Notes: generated by a model not told the origin, from the sequence alone. Numbered from the stretch's first letter, positions 26,101 through 39,303 are shown. The stretch is DNA of 64,000 nt from Hemiscyllium ocellatum (GCF_020745735.1 NC_083409.1:10219534-10283533), one strand, 5' to 3'. A program made the numbers and translations.

Positions 26101-29100
26101 AACAAATATCCCAATCATCTAAAACTCTGGATTTTTAAAAGGCTTTTAAAAATAAAGAGACAGCTGGGCTGAGCTCTTGGAAAACACAGAGACACGGAGA
26201 TGGCTGCCTGGAACCATTGTTCTGCCTGGAATTCCAGTTCACACCTCAACCCTTAAAGAGACACCAACCAGAACTCATTCTCCAGACTGAACCTCACTTT
26301 TACACCTCAGCCTACTAACACAGACATTTTGGAACCTGTACAGATACTGGACATTCAACACAATCAATACTTACTCACAGGGATATTGGGCATTCAATAT
26401 CAATCAAGATACATTCACTAATACTCTTAACTGTCAGGAAGCCAACTGACCCCATAGAGAACACCAGAAACACATTGGCCAACACAGATCTGAGGGGAGA
26501 TAACGGTGCACACAGTCTGTATAACAGCCAGCCCTAATCTGAGGGTGAGCCTTTTCAACAACAAGTTTCTGCAGGAACAGCTTCAGCAAGCCCCAACAAA
26601 TAGCTTCAGAACCAAGAACCACAGACGCTGAACAGAGAAGCTACATCCAAAAACCAAACCAAGAGCATCATTACAACAAAGGACACCCGAGGTCAGGAAC
26701 ACCAACCAAATGCTATCTGAGCATGAGCTTCCAGAGACATGCCTGTTCCGATCACATTGCCAGATACTTTCAAACCATCCGATTTATCTCTCAGCTCCCA
26801 GCCCACAGGTCTTATTCCCGATGAAGGGCTTATGCTCAAAACATTGATTCTCCTACTCCTCGGATGCTCCTGACCTGCTGCGCTTTTCCAGCACAACACT
26901 CTCAATCCTGATCTCCAGCATCTGCCGTCCTCACTTTCTCACAGACCTGTCCTGAGCCAAGAGAACTGACGGCAAGAACCTCACTAAAAGGGCACATTTT
27001 AAACGTGTATTTTCCTCAGTGCTGAGCTGAAAATCCTGAGACCCCAAAGTTTCCCTCTGAGCTCGCAGGGAGGGGATGGTGGCTGGTGGCCGTGCATTGG
27101 GACCCAAGGGTAGGGAGCCTGATTAAAGTTTGTGTGACTCAAACTGTTTTGCTTCGAATAGTAGAAAGTGAGGACTGCAGATGTTGGAGGTCAGAGTCGG
27201 AAAGTGAGGCACTGGAAAAGTGCAGCAGGTCAGGCAGCATCCGGGGAGCAGGAGAATTGGGCAGAATGCCGTCATCAGGAATGTTGGGAAGGATGACTTG
27301 TGGAACATTTCTGGGACACATGCACCAAACAACTCCACCATCCTGTGGCCGGACACTTCAAATCCCCCTCCTCCACTGCCAACTCCAAGCCACCCGAAGT
27401 ATCATCAGATTAGATTAGATTCCCGACAGTGTGGAAACAGGCCCTTCGTCCCAACATGTCCATACCAATCCTCTGAAGAGTAACCCACCCAGACTCATTC
27501 CCCTACCCTATATTTACCCCTGACTAATGCACATAACACTATGAGCAATTTAGTATGGCCAATTCAGCTAACCTACACATTTTGATTAGATTAGGTTCCC
27601 TAGAAATTGGAAACAGGCCCTTTGACACAACCAGTTCATACCGACCCTCCGAAGAGTAACCCACAGAGACCCATTTCCCTCTGACTAATGTACCTAACAC
27701 TGCGGGCCATATAGAATGGCCCATTCACCTGAGTTGCACATCTTTGGACTGTGCACACGGAGGAAACCTGGAGGAAACCCGGACATGAGGAGAATGTGCA
27801 ACCTCCACACAGACAGTCGCCGAAGGCTGGAATCGAACCTGGGTCCCTAGTGCTGTGAGGCAGCAGTGCTAACCACTGAGCTACTATGTCTGGAAGAAGA
27901 ATGCCTCATTTTCCACCTTGGGACCCCCCCAATCGCACGGCATCAATGTTGTTTTCACTAGTTCGTTATCTCCCCTCCCCCCACCCCCAACGAATATCCA
28001 ATCCTCCAACTCGACACCACCCTCTTGAACTTTCAAATCTATCCATCATCCATCCCACCTGTCTGCTTCACCATTCCTTCTGAACTATCACTATCACCTC
28101 CCCCCACCTGTATCTACCTATCCCCTTCCCAGCTACTTTCCTCCACCCCTGCCCCACCCTCCTATTGATCTCTCAGCCCCATTCCACTCCCCCAACCTTC
28201 CTGATGAAGAGCTGATGCTCGAAACATCGATTCTCCTGTCCCTCAGATGCTGCCTGACCTGCTGTGCTTTTCCAGGGCCACACTTTTCCACTCTAGCCTC
28301 TAATAGTGTATAACCAGTGTTTAATTTGGTAGTGTACTTAATTTCTGTTCTCTGTATAATGGATACTGGTAATTTCACTGTTTATTACATTTACATTTGC
28401 TCCTGTATTATACTTACCTTTTGTATTGAATAAACCCAGAGATTCTTTTGCCCTGAAACACCCATCTACTGCCCTCTTCATTTGACATTTTTAAATAAAT
28501 CCAGCGGCAGAACCAGGGATCTGGGGTTGATTCAAACCATCTAATAATCAGCAAATTACTGATCATAAATTAGACAGAGTACCCTGATTGAACTGTTAGA
28601 GTAATTGGAGTTCTCTTGTAGTGTTGGTTCTGAAACCAAATGTTTCAATTAGATTCTGTGTAGACAGTTGGAAAGTGAATGTACTCACAAAGATGGATTT
28701 GTACCCTATTCCCAGGCCAGGAGATTGCATTGATAGGGTAGTAGTGTGTCATTCTTATCCAAAAGTGATTTGTTAAAAGTACCACTGACAACAAGAGCAA
28801 AGGAAATTTCTGCATTTGCTACATTCTGGATCTTTGTATACAATGGAAAACTCAAATATATTCTAAACATTTTGGGATGACAGGGTATAGACTGATAGCA
28901 GCACTGAAGAAAACTAGTTTTATTAGGGAGATGGTTTTGGAAAATTTATGGGATTAAATTCTGATAAATCCACAGGATCCAATAGTCTAAACCTCAGATT
29001 ACTTCAGGAAATGCCCAGAATGTTTGGAAACATTGATGTTCAATATTCTATACATTCTGGAATAATTCCCACTGACTGGAGAGTTGCTAATGTAACATCA

Positions 29101-30274
29101 CTATTTAAAATGGGAGAGAGAGAAACTGGACAACTTAGACCAATCAGCCTGAAAATACTCGAGTCTATTATGAAAGATTTAATCACTGAAAGACAGTGAC
29201 AGGATTAGACAGAGTCAGCATGGTTTGTGGAAAGGGAAATCATGCTTAACAAATTGACTGGAATTGCTTAAGTATGCAAAGACCAAATTTGACAAGAAGG
29301 AGTCAATTGACATAGTATATTTGGAACTTTTACAAGGTTTTTAATAAGTCCCACAGAAGATATTCTTGATGACTGGCGAGTCCAGAATCAAGGATTACAA
29401 TTTAAGGATACGGGAAAGGCCATTTAGAGCTGAGATGGAGAGAAAGATTTTTCATTCAGTGAGTGGGAAGCCTGTGGAAGTTTCTGTCACTGAAAGCAGT
29501 TGAACACAAATCAATAAATGTTTTCCAGAAAAAGCTATGCATAGTTCTTCGGAAGAAAGGGATCAAAGGTTACGGGGAGAAAGCAGGAACATACGACTGA
29601 GTTGGATGATCAGCCATGATCATATTGAAAATTGGAACAGGCTCGAAGGGCTGAATGGCCTACTCCTGTTTTTAGTTTCACTGTTTGAGAGACTGTTCAT
29701 CAATGTGGAAACATAATGAGTTAGAGAAAAGCATTTGCCTTTGGTCAGGAATTAATTTGGAGAAAGGAGACAGAGTGGAGGGATAACGTATGTGTCCTCC
29801 AATGAGCAAGATGTGAATAATGGTGTCCCCAGGGATCTGTGCTGGGACCTCAGCTTCACACAATATTTCTCAGTGACTTGGATGAAGAAACAGAGAGTCA
29901 TCTATCCAAGATTGCTGACCACACTGAGTGAGGCAGTTAGGAGGAGGTTACAGAGATGGGGAGGGTGGAAGGACAAGGAGGGACTTCAGAACAAGGATGA
30001 GAATTTGAAAATCGAGGTGTTGTTGGACCGGGAGCCAATGTCGCTCAGGGAGGACGGTGGGGGATGGGGATGGGACTTGGTGCAAGTTCGGATACGGCAG
30101 CAGAGTTTGGGATGAGCTGAAGGTTACAGAGGGCAGTGGCTGTGATGTGGCCCAGGACAACATTAGAATGGTCATGTTTGGAGTCCCAAAGCAACGGCTG
30201 AGGTTTTCAGTGAGTGATCTCTGTGATTGGAAGGGTTTGTGGGGCTCAGATCAGCCTCAAAGATGAGGCCAGAA

Positions 30275-31480
30275 TTGGGAGGAATCTGATACTAAATAAA
30301 AGCTGAAAAAGCTGTGTTTGTTGTAAATGAGGAACAAAAACTGAAATTGCTGGAAAGGCTCAGCAGGTCTGGCACCATCTGTGGAGAGAAAGCAGACCAG
30401 TTCCATCATAGAACACACCAGATGGCCTCTTTCTTTAGAGAACGCAATTTCCCTTCCCACGTGGTTAAAGATGCCCTCCAACGCAATTCGTCCACATCCC
30501 ACACCTCCACCCTCAGACCCAACCCCTCCAACTGTAACAAGGACAGAACGCCCCTGGTGCTCACCTTCCACCCTACAAGCCTTCGCATAAACCAAATCAT
30601 CCGCCGACATCTCTGCCACCTCCAAAAGGACCCCACCACCGGGGATATATTTCCCTCCCCACCACTTTCCGCCTTCCGCAAAGACCATTCCCTCCGTGAC
30701 TTGCTGGTCAGGTCCACGCCTTCCTACAACCCACCCTCCCATCCTGGCACTTTCCCCTGCCACTGCAGGAACTGTAAAACCTGTGCCCACACCTCCTCAC
30801 TCACGTCTATCCAAGGACCTAAAGGAGCATTCCACATCCATCAAAGTTTTACCTGCACATCCACCAATATCATTTATTGTATCTGTTGCTACCGATGCGG
30901 TCTCCTCTACATTGGGGAGACTGGGCGCCTCCTAGCAGAGCACTTTAGGGAACATCTCTGGGATACCCGCACCAATCAACCACACCACCCTGTGGCCTAA
31001 CATTTCAACTCCCCCTCCCACTCTGCTGAGGACATGGAGGTCCTGGGCCTCCTTCACCGCCACTCCCTCACCACCAGACGCCTGGAGGAAGAACGCCTCA
31101 TCTTACACCTCGGAACACTTCAACCCCAGGGCATCAATGTGGACTTCAGCAGTTTCCTCATTTTCCCTTCCCCACCTCATCCTAGTCCCTAACTTCCAGC
31201 TGTCCCCATGACTTGTCCGGACTTACCCTACCTGCCTGTCTCCTTTTCCACCTATCCACTCCACCCTCTCCTCCCTGACCTATCACCTTCATCCCCTCCC
31301 ACACTCACCCATTGTACTCTATGCTACTTTCTCCCCACCCCCACCCTCCTCTAACTTATCTCTCCACGCTTCAGGCTCACTGCCTTTATTCCTTATTAAG
31401 GGGTCTTGCCCGAAACGTCGATTTCGCTGCACTTTGGAAGCTGCCTGGACTGCTGTGCTCTTCCAGCACCACTAATCCAG
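30275..31480 (+). mobile_element. Penelope-like element (RT C-terminus and GIY-YIG endonuclease)
   Basis: 228-aa ORF with PLVLTFHP, CxxCxxC and YCICCYRCGLLYIGETGR. Confidence 0.9.
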
Positions 31481-32699
31481 TTAACATTTTGAGACAAGTG
31501 AACCTTCTTCAGAACTGTTCTGAGCAAAGGTCACACCACTCGAAATGTTAACGTTGATTTCTTTCCCCAGATGCCGCCAGGCCTGCTGAGGTATTCTGTT
31601 TTTGTGAAGAGTCTGGTTGAGCAGCAGACAGTGCTCAGAGAGAGGGATGGAGGTTGTACTGGGAGCTGAAGAGGATGGCTTTGATCTTCCCAATGTGTTT
31701 CCCAGTGAGCCTGGCTCCTCAGTCCTGACTGCTCTTAGCTGCTGTGATTGTCACTGATTAGACACTTATTATTAGAGATTCTGACCACAGCAGAAAGCCC
31801 CAGTGTAAAAAATAACTGCAAAGGCTGTCAGAGCATAAGGTTGAAACTTCACCGAGAGAGGAAGTGAAAGAAGGAGCTCGGAGCAGCTGGATGTTTGTTA
31901 TTGTGATGGGGGAAAACTGTGAACCATCTGCACTCCCTGGAATCTGACAGCGCATGAGAACATTAAAACCAGGAGCAGGAGCAGGCTATCTGGCCTCTTG
32001 GGCTGCTCTGCCATTCTGTAAGATCATGGCTGATCTTTTCATGGCCTCAGCTCCCCCTACCCACCTTTTCACCAAAACCCTTGATTCATTTACTGTTCAA
32101 AACATTACCTGTCTTAGCTTTAAAAACATTTACTGAGGAAACCTCAACCACTTCGCTGGGCAGGGAATTCCATAGATTCACCACCCTCTGGGTGAAGAAG
32201 TTCCTTCTCAATTCAGTCCTAAATCTGCACCCCCTAGCACACGAGGAGACCATTCAGCCCATCATGTCTGTGAGTGATCCAATTAATCCCACTGCCCCTC
32301 CCTCTCCCCATAACCCAGTAAATCTTTCCTTTTCAGCTCGATCTCTAGTTGCCTCTTGTAGAGCAGCAGAGCCTGTCCCTAACCTGGGCTCCAAATTGGC
32401 ATCTCATCCATTCACCGGGAGACAAACTGCCTGGGCTGGGAAATGGATCAGGACCCTGAACATTCTCTCTCCCCTCCTGAGGGACACTTGATGATGAGGG
32501 ATAGTTCCAAGGAGCCCTACAGTACACACTTCCCCATTCTGAGTGTAAAAGGCTGGAGCATGCCAGCAGGATATTCAACTGCAGGAGCTATCATCTGTTT
32601 GATCAATTCTGACTACCCCCATTCTCCATAACCCTTCTAATCATTATTGATGGACAATCTCCTCCTTGGTGTGAGACAGGGAAGGGACTAGTCTGTTGC

Positions 32700-34535
32700 A
32701 GACAATTTGAAATTTACACAGCAAAGGTTGAAGAAGATCCAAAGGGACATTACAAATACATTAAGGACAAAAGGGTAACTAGGGAGAGATTAGGGCCGCT
32801 CAAAGATCAGCTCGGTGGCCTTTGTTTGGAGCCGCAGGAGATGGGGGAGATACTGAACTAGTATTTTGTGGAAAAGGAAATGGGTGATATAGAATGGAGG
32901 GAAATAGATAGTGACGCCTTAAAAAATGGCCATATATCAGGGGAGGAAGTGCTGGATGTCTTGAAACGCATAAAAATGGATAAATCCTCAGGATCTGATC
33001 AGGTGTCCCGTAGATCTCTATGGGAAGCTTGGGAAGTGATTGCTGGGCCTCTTGCTGAGATATTTGTATCATCAATAGTCACAGGTGAGGTGCTGGAAGT
33101 CTGGAAGTTGGCTAATGTGGTGCCACTGTTTAAGAAAGTTGGTAAGGACAGGCCAGGGAACTATAGACGAGTGAGCCTGACGTCTTGGTGAGCAAGTTGT
33201 TGTAGGGAATTCTGAGGGACTGGATGTACATGTATTTGGAAAGGCAAGGACTGATTAGGGATAGTCAACATGGCTTTCTGCCTGGAAAATCATGTCTCAC
33301 AAACTTGATTGAGTCTTTTGAAGAAATAACAAAGAGGATTGATGAGGGCAGAATGGTAGACGGGATCTATACGGACTTCAGTAAGGCGTTCAACAAGATT
33401 CCCCATGGGAGACTGGTTAGCAAGGTAAGATCTCACCGAATACAGGGAGAACTGGCCATTTGAATACAGAAATGGCTTAAAAGTAGAAGACAGAGGGTGG
33501 TGTTGGAGAGTTGTTTTGCAGATTGGAGGCCTGTGACCAGTGGAGTGCCACAAAGATCATTGCTACTTTTCATCATTTATATAAATGATTTGGATGTGTG
33601 CTAAAGAGGTAGAGTTAGTAAGTTTGCAAATGACACCAAAATTGGAGGTGTAGTGGACATCGAAGAAGGTTACCTCAGATTACAATGGGATCTTGATCAG
33701 ATGAGCCAATGGGCTGAGGAGTGGCAGATGGAGTTTGATTCAGATTAATGCTCCATTTTGGGAAAGCAAAACTTAGCAGGACTTATACACTTAATGGTAA
33801 GGGTGTTTTGCTGAACAAAGAGACCTTGGAGTGCAGGTTCATAGCTCCTTGAAAGTAGAATCGCAGGTAGATAGGATAGTGAAGAAGGTGTTTGGTATGC
33901 TTTCCTTTATTGTTCAGAGTATTGAGAGCAGGGGTTGGGAGGTCATGTTGTGGCCTAACAGGACATTGCTTAGACCAAGTTTGGAATATTCTGTGCAATT
34001 CTGGTCTCCTTCCTTTCAGAAGGATGTTGTAAAACTTGAAAAGGTTCAGAAAAGATTTAAAAGGATGTTGCCAGGGTTGGAGGATTTGAGCTATAGGAAG
34101 AGGTTGAATGGGCTAGGGCTGTTTCCCTTGGAACGTTGTAGGCTGAGGAATGGCCTTTTGGGGGCTTACAAAATCATGAGGGGCATAAATAAGGTAGATA
34201 GACAAAGTCTTTTCCCGGGGGTAGGGGAGTCCAGAACTTGAGAGGTTACGTTTAGGGTGAGAGGGGAAAGATATAGAAGAGTATTGAGGGGCAACGTTTT
34301 CATGCATCAGGTGGTACGTCTATGGAATGGGCTGTCAGAGGAAGTGGTGGAGGCTGGTACAATTACAACATTTAAAAGACATCTGGATGGGCATATGAAT
34401 AGGAAGGGTTTGGACGGATATGGGCCGGGTGCTGGCAGGTGGGACTAGATTACGTTGGGATATCTGGTCGGCATGGATGTGTTGGACCAAAGGGTCTGTT
34501 TCCGTGTTGTATATCTCTCTGACTCTATGACTCTA
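32700..34535 (+). mobile_element. CR1 LINE ORF2 (1.8 kb, 5'-truncated)
   Basis: [39 protein letters not shown] and a ctctatgac tail. Confidence 0.9.
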
Positions 34536-35889
34536 AGCTGGGAGAGTTTAGATATGGGATGAGCAGGAATAAAGGTTTCTGTGGTCAAGGGGCTGATGTA
34601 ATGCATAGACGATCAATCTTGTGGAGATTGAAATAGAAGACCTCGTGATGGAGAGGATGTGGGGTTTGAAGTTCCAATATGGAGGGCCAGTGAGAAAGAG
34701 GCCCGTGCTCACTGCTGTCCATTAGACATCCCAGTGGGATGGAGGCCCATGGTTACTGATCTCTGTTGGATGGCCCAGTGGGAATGAGGTCCAGGTTTAT
34801 TGGCGTCTTTTGGAGAGTCCAGATGGAAGGAGGCCCATGTTTACTGATCTCTGTTGGAGGTTCCAATTGAGTTCCATGGAATTGGAATGTTGGCATTTCT
34901 TACAGCAATTGGAATCTTGGTATTTATTATAAAAGGACTGGATTACAGAATTAAGGAAATATTGTTACAATTCTGTGAGGCATTGGTGAGACCACATCTG
35001 AAGTATTGTGTCCAGTTTTGGTCTCCTTATTTGATGAAGGATATGGTGGCACTGGATGCAGTTCAGAGGATATTCACCAGACTGATTCCCGGGATGAAAG
35101 GGCTGTCGTATGAGGAATAGTTGAATAGCTTGGGCTTATACTCACTGGAATTCAGTCACATGACAGGGGACCTGAGAGAGGTAAATAAGATGCTAAAGGG
35201 GACTGATAAGTCAGACATGGAACAGATGTCCCTCCTGTGGGACAGTCTCGAACAATAGGTCATAGATATAGAATGGGTGAGGTAGGTTCAAAACTGTGAT
35301 GTGGATAAACTACAATGGCATGGTGGTGCAGTGTTAGCACTACTGCCTCACAGTTCAGGGAGCTGCGTTTGATCCCACCCTTGGGCAGCTGTGTGGAGTT
35401 TGTAGATTCTCCCCCTATCTGTGGGGGTTTTATCTGGGTGCTGCTCCCACAGTTGAAAGATGTATGTACTTGGAGGATTGGCTATGCTAAATTTCCCATT
35501 GTGTTCAGGGATGTGTAGGTTAGGTTCATTAGTCATGGGAAATGTAGGGTTACAGGGAAAGGGTAAGGGGATGGGTCTGGGTGGAATGCTCTTTGAAGGG
35601 CCGCTATGGACCTGTTGGGCCAAATGACCTGTCTCTATACTGAAGGGATTCTATTCTATTGTAAGGCGTTCTCTCAGAGGGTTGAGAATCTGTGGAAGTC
35701 ACTGCCCCCAGAGCACAGTGGAGGCAAAGTCAATCAACAGATTCAATAAAGAAGCAGATATCTTTCTGATGAAAAGCAGGATAGAGGGCAATAGGGAGCA
35801 GTCTGGAAAGTGGAGAGGAGGATAAGGTCAGGCAAGATCAGGGCTCGAAGGACTGAATTATCTCTTCCTGGTCCTCATTCCAAAGTTGG

Positions 35890-36680
35890 AGGGAAGGAAG
35901 CTGAGAGTGTGAGAGATAGATGGAGGTAAGGGTAATGGAGATCGGTCGGAGAGGAGGGTGGAGAGGATAGGTGGGAAGGAAGATTGACAGATGGGACAGG
36001 TCATGTGGGGACAGATGGGACAGTGCCGAGTTGAAAGATTGAAACTAGGATAAGATGGGGAGAGGGGAAACGTGGAACCTGGTAAAATTCACATTGATGC
36101 CGTGGGGTTGGAGGGTCCTGAGGCAGAAGATGAGGTGTTCTTCCTCCAGGTGTCGGGTGGCTAGGAAGTGGTGATGTAGGAGGCCCATGACCTACATGTC
36201 CTTGGCAGAGTAGGAGGCAGAGTTGAAGTGTTTGGCCAGGGGGCGGTGAGGTTGGTTGGTGCGAGTGTCCGGAGAAGTTCTCTGAAGCATTCTGCTCGAA
36301 GACATCCTGTCTCCTCAATTAGAAGAGACCGCATTGGGAGCAACGGATACAGTAAATGACACATGTGGAAGTGCAGGTGGAACTTTGATGGATGTGGAAG
36401 GCTCCTTTGGAGTTTTGGACAGAGATAAGGGGGGTGTTGTGGGCTCAGGTTTCTTTGGTGGCAGGGGAAGGTGCCGAGTGGGGACGGTGGATTGGTGGTG
36501 GACCTGATGAGTGAGTCACAGAAGGAATGGTCTTTATGGAAAGCGGATAGGGATGGGAAGGGAAATATATCTCTGTTGCTGGCATCTGTTTATAGGTGGC
36601 AGAAATAACGGAGGATGATGCAATGTATACGAAGGTCAGTGGGGTGGAAGGTGAGGACCAGGAGGGTTCTTACCTTGACA
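35890..36680 (-). mobile_element. Penelope-like fragment
   Basis: LLVLTFHPTDLRIHCIIL; CHLLYPLL..R..LIEETG. Confidence 0.8.
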
Positions 36681-37722
36681 GTAAAACTGGAGCTTGACCA
36701 TGGAAGGGGAAGGAGAGGAGAAGGTATTGGAACATGTTGTGAATGGACAGGATGGGTCAGTGGGTCAGAACCTGTCCTGTCCCTCCAATTCACACTCATG
36801 GCCTGAGGATCTCCTCTCTCTGCTGAGCCTTCATGGAATGAGGTTTGCGTCTGAACCAGTCCCCAGTGAGAATAAGCCAACAGCACTAAACTGCCCTTCA
36901 TTTGGCAAGAATATGTCTGTCTTCCTGAGAGATACCAAAGCCTGGTCAATGTGGGAAATGGGACCTTCCTCCAGGAGAAGACATGCTTCTGGGGTCAAGG
37001 GTTAACACCTATTGGTGGTTCAGAGCAGAGGGAGATTTACCCTGTATTTAACTGTTACCACCTGGGATGTTGTGGGAAATAAAGAGAGAGGGAGATAGAG
37101 TAAGACAGAGAGAGAAAGAGAGAGAGGGAGAGGGCCATTTGGAGAGAGAGAGTGAGAGAGAGAGAGGGAGAGAGAGAAGGACAGGGTGTGAATGAGATAG
37201 AGGTAGAGTGAGCCTGAGGAAATGTAAGATGAGCAAAAGTAGAGAGGGAGAGGGACAGAGAGTTAGAGGGAGGTAGAGATGGTGGGGTTGAATAATAGAA
37301 ACAGAGAGAAAGAGAGAGAGAGAGAATGAGATAGAGTATGAAACAGTGTGACTGAGGGAGAGGAGAGAGAGAGAGAGAGAAAGATGCAAAGTAGGTGTGA
37401 GACTAGGAGTAAAGAGAATCTAGTGAAAGAGACATTATGAGAAGGATATGACTGTACTCGAGAGGATGCAGAGATTTCCCAGGATGCTGCCTGGCCTGGA
37501 GGGTCTGAGCTGTGAGGAAGGATTGGAAAGGCTGTGTTTGTTTATCTTGGAGCAGTGAAGGTTGAAAGGGGACCTAATAAAGAGCTATAAGATTATGAGG
37601 GGCAGAGATATAGTGGACAAGAAGTCAATTTTTCCATGAATAGAGGAATCAATACCCAGGGGCAGAGATTGAAGATATCACAGACGTACATAGATAGAAA
37701 CAGGGAGCAGGAGTAATGTTCT

Positions 37723-38551
37723 GGTTAGGGTACGGGTTAGGTTACGGGTTAGGGTTTGGGTTTGGTTAGGGTTCGGGTTAGGTTTTGGGTTAGAGTTTGG
37801 GTTAGAGTTGGGGTAGGGGTTGGGGTTGGGGTTGGGGTTGGGGTTGGGGTTTGGGTTTGGGTTTGGGTTGCGGTATAGGTTAGGTTTAGGGTTGGGGTTA
37901 GGGTTAGCGTTTGGGTTTGGGTTCAGGTTAGGGTTTGGGTTCGGGTTTGGGTTTGTGTTAGGGTTCGGGTTTGAGTTAGGTTTTGGGTTAGAGTTTGGGT
38001 TATGGTTGGGGTTGGGGTTGGGGTTTGGGTTTGGGTTAGGGTTAGGGTTAGGGTTACGGTTTAGGTTAGGGTATGGATTAGGGTTCGGGTTCAGGTTCGN
38101 NNNNNNNNNNNNNNNNNNNNNNNNNNNNNNNNNNNNNNNNNNNNNNNNNNNNNNNNNNNNNNNNNNNNNNNNNNNNNNNNNNNNNNNNNNNNNNNNNNNN
38201 NNNNNNNNNNNNNNNNNNNNNNNNNNNNNNNNNNNNNNNNNNNNNNNNNNNNNNNNNNNTGGGTAAGGTTTCAGGTTCAGGTTCGGGTTAGGGTTGGGTT
38301 TTGTGTTAGGGTTAGGGTTAGGGTTTGTGTTCGGCTTAGGATTAGGGTTTGGGTTTGGGTTAGGGTATGGGTTAGGGTTAGGGTTTGGAATTAGGGTTAG
38401 GGTTTGGGTTAGGGTTAGGGTTAGGGTTAGGGTTTGGGTTAGGGTACGGGTTAGGGTTCGGGTTCAGGTTCAGGTTAGGGTTGGGTTCTGGGTTATGGTT
38501 AGTGTTAGGGTTAGTGTTCGCGTTAGGATTAGGGTTTAGGTTTGGGTTTGG
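37723..38551 (+). repeat. Degenerate interstitial telomeric array (GGGTTA with GGGTTT/GGGTTG/GGGTTC/AGGTTA variants)
   Basis: Continuous hexamer periodicity with the G-rich strand on + on both sides of the gap. Non-telomeric DNA flanks both ends. Confidence 0.93.
38100..38259. other. Assembly gap (160 N) inside the telomeric array
   Basis: Run of N. True array length and the join are unverified. Confidence 0.99.
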
Positions 38552-38704
38552 TCTTGTGAGGCTGCTCTGTCATTCAATATGATCCTGGCTGATCCTCTCC
38601 CTCAATGCCAAGGTGGGATTAGCGTTAATGACTTTTGCAAGTTGTTCAATGCTGTTCATGTCATTGAGCTTCTGATTGAGAGATAGAGAGACAGAAGACA
38701 GAGA

Positions 38705-38744
<40 letters not shown>

Positions 38745-38964
38745 ACAAGTGCACATTGTGAGATTGAGTGAGAGAGGGCGAGGCATTTAGCTGCTGCCCC
38801 ATGACTCAGTGTTCCAATGTTCTGGAACAACACCTGCTATAGAGATCAGTTAGAGAGTGACTGGAGGGAGAGAGACAAGGATGGAGTGAGGCAATGAGAG
38901 ATTGTGGGGGCGAGTGAGGAAACAGGTAGAAAGATAAGTGATGGAGAGGAATGGATGATCAGAC

Positions 38965-38995
<31 letters not shown>

Positions 38996-39149
38996 CCAAC
39001 CAATACAGAAGGAAAGGGAGATCAAAAGAATAAGAGGGAGTAAGTCAATGAACAACAGGATTATATTCAAGAGAAAGGTGAAAAAGAGATAGAAGGGAAA
39101 AGGGTGGGAGGAACTAGGGAAGGATGAGAGAGAGAGAGAGTAAAAACAG

Positions 39150-39243
39150 GAAGTGTGAGGGGCTGACGTGGCTCTCTCTGCCTGATGCCATTTACATACT
39201 GAGGAACACCCAGTCAGACTCACACAGGCTGCAGCTTTATAAA
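39150..39243 (+). promoter_or_regulatory. Ig light-chain V promoter: Ets-like GGAAG, CRE-like TGACGT (39164-39169), octamer variant ATTTACAT (39190-39197), TATAAA (39238-39243)
   Basis: Motifs read directly, 60-155 bp upstream of the leader ATG. The octamer-TATA order and ~40 bp spacing match Ig V promoters. The octamer differs by one base from ATTTGCAT. Confidence 0.65.
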
Positions 39244-39303
39244 GCAGAGCCCAGTGAAGGGAGAGTTTATCAGGAACCAGGCACAGGGACAGGAGCACAC
39301 ACC

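Noticed and set aside
37820-38582. Gly/Leu/Phe-rich and VRVR ORFs
   Set aside because: They are translations of the telomere-like hexamer repeat and span an N gap.
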